In this document: positions 1 to 9,885 of the stretch, one piece after another | Numbering within the stretch: the first letter of the stretch is position 1 | Layout of the letters: every line of letters begins with the position of its first letter | Assembly (NCBI GenBank): GCA_047528255.1 | Contig: CP180024.1 | Location: 1,046,324-1,110,323, forward strand | Origin: Flavobacteriales bacterium Tduv | Lineage (GTDB): Bacteria; Bacteroidota; Bacteroidia; Flavobacteriales; Blattabacteriaceae | Direction: 5' to 3' | Length of the DNA: 64,000 nucleotides | Notes under the pieces: generated by a model | The model's input: only the letters and a program-made list of their open reading frames with translations | What the model was told of the DNA's origin: nothing | Database searches by the model: none | Translations under genes and position numbers: made by a program

Positions 1-521
1 TTTACGATGATGCTTTTGAGTAACTGGTATGATATCAGTGATGTAGCAAGGGAAGAATTGGTGAAAAAAAATACTTAAGCTGCATGCGCTTTTGTTATTT
101 TCAATTGAAAGATCAGATCCCAGATCATACGAAATTATGCAGATTTCGTAATGAAATAGTAGCCAAAAAGGTATACGAGTGCTTACTGAAAAAGATCAAT
201 AAGGGTTTATAAAAGCATCTGGCTATACTTAAAACAGGATGATAGTAGATGACAGTATTACAATGAATCCCTTGCTCTCAAGGAGCTCCTACCTAGGTAG
301 TTGAGGATCGGAAGGAAGAGGGCAAAAGCAAATCACTCAAAAAAAAGCAAGAACAAAAAAAAGAGATTCAATCAGGCGTAGATATTAAAGGAGAATGGCT
401 CAAGAAATCAGGTGAACTCTACTATAAATACAAGAAGCACATAGAGGGGGATAAAAATGGAATGATACTAGTAGTACGTAGCGTAGCAGACAATGAGCAT
501 GATAGTAGAGGGCTAAAGGCA
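1..521 (+). mobile_element. IS5-family IS, copy A, 5' segment (runs off left window edge); degraded; split by copy B
   Basis: Translates with stops to ..MMLLSNWYDISDVAREELVKK.. and ..QIPDHTKLCRFRNEIVAKKVYECLLKKINK.., the InsH-like N-terminal region shared by all copies. It breaks at 521/522, where the terminus GAGACCATTGTGTTAATG of copy B begins. Confidence 0.85.
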
Positions 522-1791
522 TGAGACCATTGTGTTAATGTTGGATTACGTTTATTTAGCCTCCTAGATGGCTTCGTTAGAGAAAACGAATATTTAGTCT
601 TTCACATTGTATTCGAAAAATATTGATTATAAATTAATTAATTATATTTATTTTTATGGACAGGGCATAATAATTCTAGGGGAATGATATAAATTATGAG
701 CCATAGCTTCCATAAGACGCTAGGCATGCACACGAGCTAGTCCTTTGTAACGAGCCTTTCCTAATCCAAACCAACGCTTTATACTTTCAAAAGTAAGCTC
801 TACTACCTATCGGGTTTTACTCACTAATTATGTTGAATAATATAGCTATCCTACTTAAGGGAGGGGCCTATAGGTTTTCTTCTGTATACGGTCTTTGATG
901 CCTCTACTATGAAAATAAGACACGTTAGCTGTCACTTGCTAACCTTTATCTGCATATATTTCTCTTGGTTTATATCCTAGTTTGCTTATTAATAGGTTTA
1001 GCCCTCTACTATCACGCTGATTGGCTTCTACCCTATATACAGCTAGTATCATTCTATTTTTATCCAGCCCTATGTGCTTCTTGTATGCTTAATAGAGTTT
1101 ATCTAATTTTTTGAGCCATTTTCCTTGAGTGTCTACTCCTGATTGAGTCCTTTTTTTACCCTTGTTTTTCTTTGACTAATTTGCGTTTTCCCTTCTTCCT
1201 TCCTATCCTTCACTACGTGGGTAGGAACTCCATTGGGAGCAGTGGGAATCACTGTAATACTGGCATTCACTATAACGCCTGTTTTAACTATAGCCTGATG
1301 CTTTTCTAATTTTTTATTGATCTTTTTCAGTAAGCGCTCATATGCCTTTTTGGCTACTATTTCATTGCTAAATCTGCATAGAGTCGTATAATCTGGGATC
1401 TTTTCTTCCAATAGAAAACCAAAAAAGCGCATGAAACTCAAGGATTCTTTCACCAATTCTTCTGTTCCTACATTACTTATATCATACCAGTGACACAAAA
1501 GCATCATCTTAAATAACGATACTCCACTGTAAACAGGTGGCCTTTTATTCCCTGGCCTTTTTGATATATTTTTCTTATTTCTTTTTCTATCCCTTCCGAG
1601 TGGCTCAAGGTGTTTAACCTTTTGAAAAACTCACTCCTTCTGCTAGAACGTTCCATATATAGTTCACTAAAGCTTATTTGTGCGGTGCTTCTGAGCATAG
1701 AGCCGAATTTTTTTATTTTATATTCCAATATATACGAAACAATATATTGATTTACAAATATTTTAAACTCCTTATTCCATGCATCGTTCTC
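522..1791 (-). mobile_element. IS5-family IS, copy B, full length (~1270 bp), transposase frame broken
   Basis: Termini are GAGACCATTGTGTTAATG at 522 and ..CCATGCATCGTTCTC at 1791. ORF-track fragments 1133..1507 and 1504..1878 carry LLCHWYDISNVGTEELVKESLSFMRFFGF, IPDYTTLCRFSNEIVAKKAYERLLKKINK and GVIVNASITV. The C-terminal half has multiple stops. Confidence 0.9.
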
Positions 1792-2263
1792 AGAATTAAT
1801 AAGTAAACTAGGATATAAATTCAGAGAAGTATATACAAAAAAAGGTTCCACGTTCCAGCCAACGTGTTTTACTTTCATAATCGAGGCATCAAAGACCGTA
1901 TACAGAATAAAACCTATAGGACCTTCACTTAAGTAGGGTAGATATATTATTTAACAAATTAGTGAGTAAAACCCGATAGGTAGTAGAACGTACTTTTGAT
2001 AGTGTAAAGAGTTAGTTTAGATCAATCAAGGCTCGTTACAAAGGATTAGCTCGTGTGTATAACCCATATCTTATGGAGGCTATGGGCATAATTTCTATCG
2101 TTCCCTTAGATTATTATGCGCTGTCCATAAAAACAGATATAATTAATTAACTTATAATCAATTCTTTTAGAATACAATATGAAAGACTAAATCTACATTT
2201 TCTCTAATGAATCCATCTAGGATTGGCTGAATAAACGTAATACACCATTAACACAATGGTCTC
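1792..2263 (+). mobile_element. IS5-family IS, copy A, 3' segment
   Basis: Resumes copy A where position 521 left off (..ELISKLGYKFREVYTKKGSTFQPT..) and runs to the terminal ..CACCATTAACACAATGGTCTC at 2263. Confidence 0.85.
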
Positions 2264-2392
2264 ACTTTATGCAAGCGCACATTATCGCGATGAGCTTAAG
2301 TGTTTAAGGGATGTATCTGTCATTAGCCTTAGAATGAGATTCACTACCTTTGTGAGGAAAAATTTGAATTTTTATTCGTTCCAAAAAGGTAA

Positions 2393-3625
2393 ATGAAGAT
2401 ACTTATTGTAGGGGCCGGAGGTCGTGAACATGCCATCGGCCGTGAGTTATTGAAAAACACTAGAGTTCATCAACTTTATTTCGCCCCAGGAAATGGAGGA
2501 ACGGCCCGGATGGGAGAAAATATCCCGATTTATGACATCAAATCTTTCTGTAAATTTGCCGAGAAGCAGCAGGTGGATTTGACCATCGTGGGCTCAGAGC
2601 CTTTTTTGGCTAAAGGTATTGTCGATGTCTTTCAAGCGGCCGGTTTGAAAATATTCGGTCCAGATCTTCGCTCCGCTCGGCTTGAGAGCAGCAAGGTTTC
2701 GGCTAAATCTTTTATGAAAAAATACGGAGTGCGCACTGCAGCTCATCAAAGCTTTTCGAATCATGCTGAGGCTTTGAATCATCTCTCGCAAGTCAATTAT
2801 CCCCTGGTCATCAAAGCCAGCGGGTTGGCTTCTGGCAAGGGGGTGGTGATTACCAAAAATCTGAGTGAGGCCCGATCGACTTTAGATGCCATGATGGAGA
2901 AAAAAATTTTCGGGGCTTCGGGTTGTGAAGTAGTAATCGAAGAATTTTTGGAAGGATACGAAGCCTCAATTTTATCTATTTTTAACGGTAAGTGCATTGT
3001 CCCCTTTCTTTCGGCTAAAGATCATAAAAAGATCGGAGAGGGAGAGCAAGGTTTCAATACCGGAGGGATGGGAGCGATCGCTCCGAATCCGTACATAACA
3101 GATGAGATATGGGTTGATTTTCAAAGAAATATACTGCAACCGACTTTGAAAGGACTGTTGGCGGAAGGATGGATTTTTTCCGGGGTGGTCTTTTTCGGTT
3201 TGATGCTTACTGCAAAAGGGATATATTTATTGGAATACAATCTTCGTATGGGAGATCCCGAGACTCAGGTCCTCTTACCTTTGATGGAAAGTGATCTTTT
3301 GGAGTTAATTGAAAAAGCTCTTCACGGAGAAGATTTTTCCATATCGTGGAAAAAAGCCTATTCCTGTTGCGTGGTCGTGGCTTCCAAAGGATATCCCGAG
3401 AAGTATGAAAAGGGAAAAATCATCTCGGGTCTGGATCTTTTGGAGTGTCCTTATTACGTTGCCGGAGCTCAGAGGATAGACCATCAATGGATCACCTCAG
3501 GCGGACGGGTGTTAAATGTGGTCGGTATAGGCAACTCTGCCCAAGCAGCTCGTCAATCAGCCTATCGAGAAGTGGAAAAAATCTCTTTTGATGGGGCATA
3601 TTTCCGAAAAGATATCGGACTTTAA
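2393..3625 (+). CDS. purD: phosphoribosylamine--glycine ligase
   Basis: 410-aa ORF with N-terminus MKILIVGAGGREHAIG, an ATP-grasp core and a ..SGGRVLNVVG.. block typical of PurD. Confidence 0.95.
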   Translation: MKILIVGAGGREHAIGRELLKNTRVHQLYFAPGNGGTARMGENIPIYDIKSFCKFAEKQQVDLTIVGSEPFLAKGIVDVFQAAGLKIFGPDLRSARLESSKVSAKSFMKKYGVRTAAHQSFSNHAEALNHLSQVNYPLVIKASGLASGKGVVITKNLSEARSTLDAMMEKKIFGASGCEVVIEEFLEGYEASILSIFNGKCIVPFLSAKDHKKIGEGEQGFNTGGMGAIAPNPYITDEIWVDFQRNILQPTLKGLLAEGWIFSGVVFFGLMLTAKGIYLLEYNLRMGDPETQVLLPLMESDLLELIEKALHGEDFSISWKKAYSCCVVVASKGYPEKYEKGKIISGLDLLECPYYVAGAQRIDHQWITSGGRVLNVVGIGNSAQAARQSAYREVEKISFDGAYFRKDIGL

Positions 3626-3662
3626 GAATCTGTCTCACGACGTTCATAATTTTACTTAAAAT

Positions 3663-5201
3663 ATGAAACAACACGGTATCGTCATTTTGGATTTCGGATC
3701 ACAGTACAACCGGCTTATCGCTCGGAGAATACGAGAGATGAGAGTTTATGCTGAGGTTATTCCGTATAACAGTTCATTAGAAGACATCGTTTCGCGACGC
3801 CCCAAAGGAATTATACTCTCCGGTGGCCCTTCTTCAGTGCATGAAGATAGAGTCCATTTGATATCCAAGGATATTTTTGAGATTAATGTTCCGGTGCTCG
3901 GAATTTGTTACGGTATGCAATTAATCTCTCACATTTTTGGCGGTTTGGTTAATAAAGGGGAGCAGGGACAGTATGGCCAGTGCGATTTCATTGTCGACGA
4001 TCCGAATGATCATTTGTTGCGTGGCATGCCCGAGAAATCCACGGTTTGGATGAGTCATTTTGATGAAGTTAATAAAAAGCCTGAAGATTTCAAAATCGTC
4101 GGGCACACTGCTCATTGTGTCGCCGCTCTTTCTTGTGAAGATCGGAATATATACGCAGTGCAATTTCATCCGGAGGTTTCTCACACTGTTTACGGTACTA
4201 CTATTTTGAATAATTTTGTTTTCGGTATTTGTCGTTGTGAACAGAATTGGGAGTTCGATAACTTTATTCAAAAGTCCATACAAGAGATTCGAACGATCGT
4301 AGGAGATAAAAAGGTTATTCTTGGACTTTCGGGCGGAGTAGATTCTTCTGTTGCAGCGGTCTTGATCCATAAGGCTATCGGAGACGCTCTCACGTGTATA
4401 TTTATTGATACAGGACTGTTGCGAAAGGATGAAGCCAAAAATATAATGGATACTTACGGAACGAACTATCACATGGACATTCGTTGTTTCGAGGCTAAAG
4501 AGCGTTTTCTTTCTCGTTTAGAAGGAGTTTCCGATCCGGAAGAGAAACGAAAAATCGTTGGACGAGAGTTCGTCTCCGTTTTTCAAGAAGAGGCCACCAA
4601 GATTCCGGAGGTTGCTTTTTTGGCTCAGGGAACCATTTATCCCGATGTGATCGAGTCTACTTCAATAAAAGCGCCTTCAGCTATGATCAAGTCCCATCAC
4701 AATGTGGGCGGACTGCCCGAGAAAATGCATTTAAAACTTTTAGAACCTTTGAGGAATCTTTTTAAGGATGAGGTGCGCAAAGTAGGCTCCAATTTAGGCA
4801 TCCCGAAGGGAATAATCTATCGACATCCCTTTCCCGGGCCGGGTCTAGGAATCCGTATACTTGGAGAAGTTACTCGGGAGAAGGTTGCCATTTTACAAGC
4901 GGCAGACGCTATTTTTATAGAAGAGTTACAGGGTCATAAATTGTATGATAAGGTAAGTCAGGCCTTTGTGGTATTGTTGCCCGTAAAGTCTGTCGGGGTG
5001 ATGGGCGACGTGCGCACTTATGAGTATACAGCGGTGTTGCGTGCGGCAAACACCATTGATTTCATGACAGCTACTTGGTCGCGTTTGCCATATGATTTTT
5101 TAGAAAAAGTCTCCGGAACGATCATCAACAAAGTGAAGGGCATCAATCGGGTCACTTACGATATCAGCTCAAAACCTCCGGCTACTATAGAATGGGAATG
5201 A
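3663..5201 (+). CDS. guaA: GMP synthase (glutamine-hydrolysing)
   Basis: 512-aa ORF. It has an N-terminal class-I glutamine amidotransferase (GICYGMQL, FHPEV), the ATP-PPase motif SGGVDSSV and the characteristic C-terminal end ..PPATIEWE. Confidence 0.95.
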   Translation: MKQHGIVILDFGSQYNRLIARRIREMRVYAEVIPYNSSLEDIVSRRPKGIILSGGPSSVHEDRVHLISKDIFEINVPVLGICYGMQLISHIFGGLVNKGEQGQYGQCDFIVDDPNDHLLRGMPEKSTVWMSHFDEVNKKPEDFKIVGHTAHCVAALSCEDRNIYAVQFHPEVSHTVYGTTILNNFVFGICRCEQNWEFDNFIQKSIQEIRTIVGDKKVILGLSGGVDSSVAAVLIHKAIGDALTCIFIDTGLLRKDEAKNIMDTYGTNYHMDIRCFEAKERFLSRLEGVSDPEEKRKIVGREFVSVFQEEATKIPEVAFLAQGTIYPDVIESTSIKAPSAMIKSHHNVGGLPEKMHLKLLEPLRNLFKDEVRKVGSNLGIPKGIIYRHPFPGPGLGIRILGEVTREKVAILQAADAIFIEELQGHKLYDKVSQAFVVLLPVKSVGVMGDVRTYEYTAVLRAANTIDFMTATWSRLPYDFLEKVSGTIINKVKGINRVTYDISSKPPATIEWE

Positions 5202-5520
5202 AATCTGTATCGTTTTTTATAATGATAGGAAGATAATTATTCCAAATATATCTATTTTTAGACCAAGATCTTCGTTATGTTTCACCAGTTTTATTGAAAG
5301 GAAAGGAAATAAGGTATCATCTTCGGTGCGTTGGATGAGAATTCTATGTTTAGAAAGTGGCTGAATATGCATATCAAAAAGCCTCCTCTTTTGTTCTGAG
5401 CAATGCTCCTATAGTTTTTAGGATGGGAAAGATCGCTCAATTGAAAAAAGAAACTCAAGTGGTGGTGATCCCTTCGGGCTCTATTTCCATCGAAGAAATT
5501 GAAAATATTTTTGATGAATC

Positions 5521-6790
5521 GAGAGCATTATGTTAATGGTGGATTACGTCTATTCACCCTCCTATATGGGATCGTTAGAGAACGATGTGGATTTAGTATT
5601 TTACATTATATTCGAAAACTTTTGATTGTAAATTAATTAATTATATCTATTTTTATGGAAATCGTATAATAATTCCAGGGGAACGATACAAATTATGAGC
5701 CATAGCCTCCATAAGATGCTGGACATGCACACGATCTAATCCTTTGTAACGAGCTTTTCTTAATACAAACCAACGCTTTATACTGTAAAAAATAGGCTCT
5801 CTTCCCATCGGGTTTTACTCACTAATTTGTTGAATAATACAGCTATCCTACTTAAGGAACGGTTCCTATAGACTTTCTTATATATACGGTCTTTGATACC
5901 TCGACTATGAAAGTAAAACACGTTGGTTGGAGGTTGGTAACCTTTTTCTGCATATTCTTCTCTGGGTTTATATCCTAGTTTGCTTACTGATAGATTTAGG
6001 CATCTATCTATCATGTTCATTGGCTGCTACGCTATGTACTGCTAGTATCATTCCATTTTTTATCCACCCCTATGTGCTTTTCTATCCGTAGTAGAGTTTA
6101 CCTGAATTTTTTCAGCTATTTTCTTTGAGTATCTACTCCTGATTAAGTCTCTTTTTTACTCTTTTTTTTTTGCTGATTTGCTTTTAGACCCTTTTCCTTC
6201 CGATCCTCCACTACGGGGTAGGCGTTCCCTTGATAGCAAAGCCGCTCACTGTAATACTGGTATCTACTATCACTCCTGTTTTAACTATCGCCTGGGGATG
6301 CTTTCTAATTTCTTATTGATCTTTTTCAATAATCGCTCATATGTCTTTTTGGCTACTATTTCATTCCGAACTCTGCATAGAGTCGTATAATATAGGATTT
6401 GATCTTCCAATCAAAAATCACAAAATATTATACAGTCTATGGAATATTTTACCAATTCTTCCGTTCCTACATCACTGATATCATACCAGTGAATCAAAAG
6501 CATCATCTTAAATAACGATATTCCACTGTAAGCAGGTTGGCCTTTATTCCCTGGTCTTTTTCATATATTTTTCTTATTTTTTTCTACATACATTTCCGAG
6601 TGGATCAAGGTGTTTAACCTTTTAAAAAACTCACTCCTTCTGGTAGAACGTCCATATATAGTTCACTAAAACTTATTTTGTGCGTTTCTTCTGAGCATAG
6701 ACCCGAATTTTTTTATTTTCTATTCCAAAGTAACGAAACAATATATTGATTTACAAATATTTTAACCTAATTTTCCCATGCAACGTTCTC
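5521..6790 (-). mobile_element. IS5-family IS, copy C, full length (~1270 bp), degraded
   Basis: Termini are GAGAGCATTATGTTAATGGTGG at 5521 and ..CCATGCAACGTTCTC at 6790. Only short transposase fragments remain open (for example 5778..6020, ..LGYKPREEYAEKGYQPPTNVFYFHSRGIKDRIYKK..). Confidence 0.9.
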
Positions 6791-7168
6791 GTTTCGAGAC
6801 CATATACAGAAGAAAGCCTATAGCCCCCTCCCTTAAATAGGGATAGCTATATCATTCAACAAATTAGTGAGTAAAACCCGATGGGTAATAGAACGTACTT
6901 TATAGCAGTATAAAGCGTTGGGTTATATCAATAAAAGATCGTTACAAAGGATTAGCTCGTGTACATGCCTAGCCTCTTATGGAGGAATCTCTCATAATTT
7001 GTATCGTTCCTCTGGGATTACTGTGCGCTATTCATAAAAATAGATATAATTAATTAGTTTATACTTAATATTATTTCGAATATGATCTGAAAGAGTAAAT
7101 CTACATGTTTTCCAACGAAGCCATCTAGGAAGATGAATAAAGGTAATTCACCATAATACAATGGTCTC
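6791..7168 (+). mobile_element. IS5-family IS, copy D, 3' fragment (~380 bp)
   Basis: Starts mid-element directly after copy C. It contains the ..VSKTRW..ERT../..YKGLARVHA.. region in decayed form and ends ..CCATAATACAATGGTCTC at 7168. Confidence 0.8.
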
Positions 7169-7240
7169 GTAAAACAAACCAAGAACGATGAGACGGATAA
7201 AAAGCGGTAAATTTGTGTTCGTGACTCTTAATTGATTCGA

Positions 7241-8230
7241 ATGAAGAAGGTAGCCATCGTCATGGGCGGATACACTGGGGAGTCCGCTATATCTTTACAA
7301 AGCGGGCAAACTGTTTTTGAAAATATCAACCGTGAGAAGTTTCATCCGTACAAAATTCATTTATTCAAATACAAATGGGCTCTTGTAGATGACAACGGTT
7401 ACGAATACCCTATCAATCGGCATGATTTTTCAGCCGAAGTGGAGGGGGAGCTTCTCAAATTTGACGTTGTATTCAACGCCATTCACGGAACTCCGGGCGA
7501 AGATGGTTACCTACAAGCTTATTTCCACCTGATCAGGTTGCCTTATACGGGTTGTGATTTCTATCGGTCAGTGTTGACTTTAAACAAAAGGGATTGCCTA
7601 AGTTTGCTTGGCGCATTGGGCATCAAGACAGCGTCTTCGTATTATTTGGACAAAGGACAAGAATTTTCTGTGGAGGCTATAGTACAAAAAGTAGGACTTC
7701 CTTGTTTTGTTAAGCCGAGCCGATTGGGCTCAAGCTTAGGTATCTCGAAAGTGTCTGAAAAAAAAAAACTGCCCCCTGCGATAGAAAAAGCTTTCCGAGA
7801 AGATGAAGAAATTCTTATTGAAAGTTTCCTTAATGGCACGGAAGTCTCCGTGGGAGTCATTGAATATCAAGGCGAAATCAGAGTATTGCCGATTACGGAA
7901 ATCGTCAGTGAAAACGAATTTTTCGACTATGAAGCAAAATATCTGGGCCGATCACAAGAAATTACTCCGGCACGTTTACCACCCGAAGTGGCGCAAAGAG
8001 TTACGGAAATGGCGGAAGAAGTATATCTTCTGCTGAAGATGTCTGGTTTGTCGCGTTCAGAATATATTATCGTTGATGGAACGCCTTACTTTTTGGAGAT
8101 GAATACCATACCTGGTCTCGCTCCCGAGAGCATTTTGCCCCAACAAGCCCGACAGGCAGGCATTTCTTTAATGGAACTATTCGGAGATATGTTACAGAGG
8201 GCTTTGGATAAAAAACAAAGTCTACTGTGA
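7241..8230 (+). CDS. ddl: D-alanine--D-alanine ligase
   Basis: The ORF track starts at TTG 7232, while the first ATG at 7241 gives MKKVAIVMGGYTGE. ATP-grasp Ddl blocks are present: FNAIHGTPGEDG, VKPSRLGSSLGISKV and EMNTIPG. Confidence 0.9.
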   Translation: MKKVAIVMGGYTGESAISLQSGQTVFENINREKFHPYKIHLFKYKWALVDDNGYEYPINRHDFSAEVEGELLKFDVVFNAIHGTPGEDGYLQAYFHLIRLPYTGCDFYRSVLTLNKRDCLSLLGALGIKTASSYYLDKGQEFSVEAIVQKVGLPCFVKPSRLGSSLGISKVSEKKKLPPAIEKAFREDEEILIESFLNGTEVSVGVIEYQGEIRVLPITEIVSENEFFDYEAKYLGRSQEITPARLPPEVAQRVTEMAEEVYLLLKMSGLSRSEYIIVDGTPYFLEMNTIPGLAPESILPQQARQAGISLMELFGDMLQRALDKKQSLL

Positions 8231-9726
8231 ATATAAAGTCCCTGGTTGTAAAATCGTTGGCTGCTACAGTACGGCGTAAAACAATACGTTGTTCCATGCA
8301 GCCCATTCAGACGCAAAACGAGGCGCTTCTCATTTTGCTCGATGCTGCTAAAGGCACGCGTTTCGGAGAAGCGCATGGGCTGAAGGCCGTACGCACTTAC
8401 GAAGAATTCAAACGAGCTGTTCCCATAAGGGATTATGAAACGTTCAGGCCCTACATCGACCGTATCCTGTCCGGTGAAGTTAACGTGCTCTGCAAAGGGA
8501 AGCCTCTTTATTTGACTAAGACGTCCGGAACCACTTCAGGTGTTAAGTACATCCCTCTTACAAAAAATGCCTTGACGAATCAAATCAGGGCAGCTCGGAG
8601 TGCTCTGTTACAGTACGTCTACGAAACGGGAAACGATCGTTTTCTTTCAGGTAAAATGATTTTCTTGCAGGGCTCTCCAAAGCTTACGGATTCAGCGGGG
8701 ATAAAAACAGGTCGTCTTTCAGGTATTGTGGCGCATCACGTCCCTAAATATCTTCAATCCAACCGTATGCCCGGTTGGGAGACGAATTGTATAGAAGATT
8801 GGGAACAAAAGGTCGATGCTATTGTAGATGAGACACTACAAGAAGACATGCGTTTAATCAGTGGCATACCCCCTTGGATCAAGATGTATTTTGAAAAGCT
8901 CCGACACAGATCGGGAAAAACCATTGGCGACCTTTTTCCGAATTTTTCTTTGATGGTCACCGGAGGGGTCAATTATACCCCTTATCAAAAGGCCATTCAA
9001 GAACTTGTCGGTCGGAAGATCGATATCATCCAAACTTATCCCGCTTCTGAGGGGTTTATTGCTTACCAAGACACTCGAGAAGAGGAGGGTTTGTTGTTGT
9101 TACTCGATCAAGGTATTTTTTATGAGTTCATTCCTTTGGTGGAAATATTTTCACGAAATCCCGGCCGAATCAACCTTGAAAAGGTAGATATTGGAGTAGA
9201 TTATGTTTTGATTGTCAGTACAAATTCCGGATTGTGGGCTTACAATATGGGGGACACGATACGTTTTGTCTCCAAAGATCCTTATCGCATCATCGTCACC
9301 GGTAGGGTCGATCATTTTACTTCTTCCTTTGGAGAGCATGTTATAGCCTATGAAGTGGAAGCTTCTTTGGAAGAAGCGATGAAAAAACAGAGTTGCACCA
9401 TCGTAGATTTTACTGTGGCCCCTCAAGTGAATCCCCTCGAAGGATTGCCCCATCACGAATGGTACATAGAATTTAAAAAATCACCGAAAAATCTTGAGGC
9501 CTTTGCACAAGAAATTGATCAAGCCCTTAGAAAAAAAAATATTTATTATAACGACCTCATCTCAGGAAATATTTTAAGTCCTTTGATCATAAGAAGAGTG
9601 CGAAACGACGGGATGAAAGAGTATATGAAATCCATCGGAAAGCTCGGCGGACAATATAAGTTGCCACGTCTTTCTAATGGAAAGGAAATAGCTGATGGGT
9701 TGAAAGATTATCTTGAAATATCTTAA
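8227..9726 (+). CDS. GH3 (auxin-responsive promoter) family protein, acyl-adenylate-forming amido synthetase fold
   Basis: 499-aa ORF whose GTG start overlaps the ddl stop (GTGA). Adenylation-type blocks are TKTSGTTSGVKYIP, YPASEGF and YNMGDTIRF. It matches the bacterial GH3 family common in Bacteroidota. Confidence 0.85.
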   Translation: MNIKSLVVKSLAATVRRKTIRCSMQPIQTQNEALLILLDAAKGTRFGEAHGLKAVRTYEEFKRAVPIRDYETFRPYIDRILSGEVNVLCKGKPLYLTKTSGTTSGVKYIPLTKNALTNQIRAARSALLQYVYETGNDRFLSGKMIFLQGSPKLTDSAGIKTGRLSGIVAHHVPKYLQSNRMPGWETNCIEDWEQKVDAIVDETLQEDMRLISGIPPWIKMYFEKLRHRSGKTIGDLFPNFSLMVTGGVNYTPYQKAIQELVGRKIDIIQTYPASEGFIAYQDTREEEGLLLLLDQGIFYEFIPLVEIFSRNPGRINLEKVDIGVDYVLIVSTNSGLWAYNMGDTIRFVSKDPYRIIVTGRVDHFTSSFGEHVIAYEVEASLEEAMKKQSCTIVDFTVAPQVNPLEGLPHHEWYIEFKKSPKNLEAFAQEIDQALRKKNIYYNDLISGNILSPLIIRRVRNDGMKEYMKSIGKLGGQYKLPRLSNGKEIADGLKDYLEIS

Positions 9727-9884
9727 TTTTTTCGTCCCGATCCTTTCTTTTCGTTTACATTTCTTCCCCCGCAACTGCAAGCCCTCTTGCATTTCAATCC
9801 TCCGGAAAAAGTTTTAATGAACACTTGAGCCAAATACCATATGGCCAGGATAAAGATCACTTCGATGACGATATATTGAAACAT
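9723..9884 (-). CDS. FeoB-associated Cys-rich membrane protein (53 aa; below the ORF-track size cut-off)
   Basis: My translation is MFQYIVIEVIFILAIWYLAQVFIKTFSGGLKCKRACSCGGRNVNEKKGSGRKN. It has one N-terminal TM helix followed by a C-x3-C-x-C-GG cluster. The ATG at 9884 lies 2 nt after the feoB stop (9886), and the stop shares a TTAA with the convergent GH3 stop. Confidence 0.65.
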   Translation of the reverse strand: MFQYIVIEVIFILAIWYLAQVFIKTFSGGLKCKRACSCGGRNVNEKKGSGRKN

Positions 9885-9885
9885 A

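Noticed and set aside
3921-4472. Long ORFs antisense to or overlapping real genes: 3921..4472 in guaA, 10631..10960 in feoB, 15158..15511 and 16621..16827 in recJ, 16886..17434 in rsmI, 48907..49290 in mnmE, 54483..54884 in DAHPS/CM, 34994..35266 in topA.
   Set aside because: Each lies fully inside a strongly supported conserved CDS on the other strand or in another frame. None has recognisable protein features.
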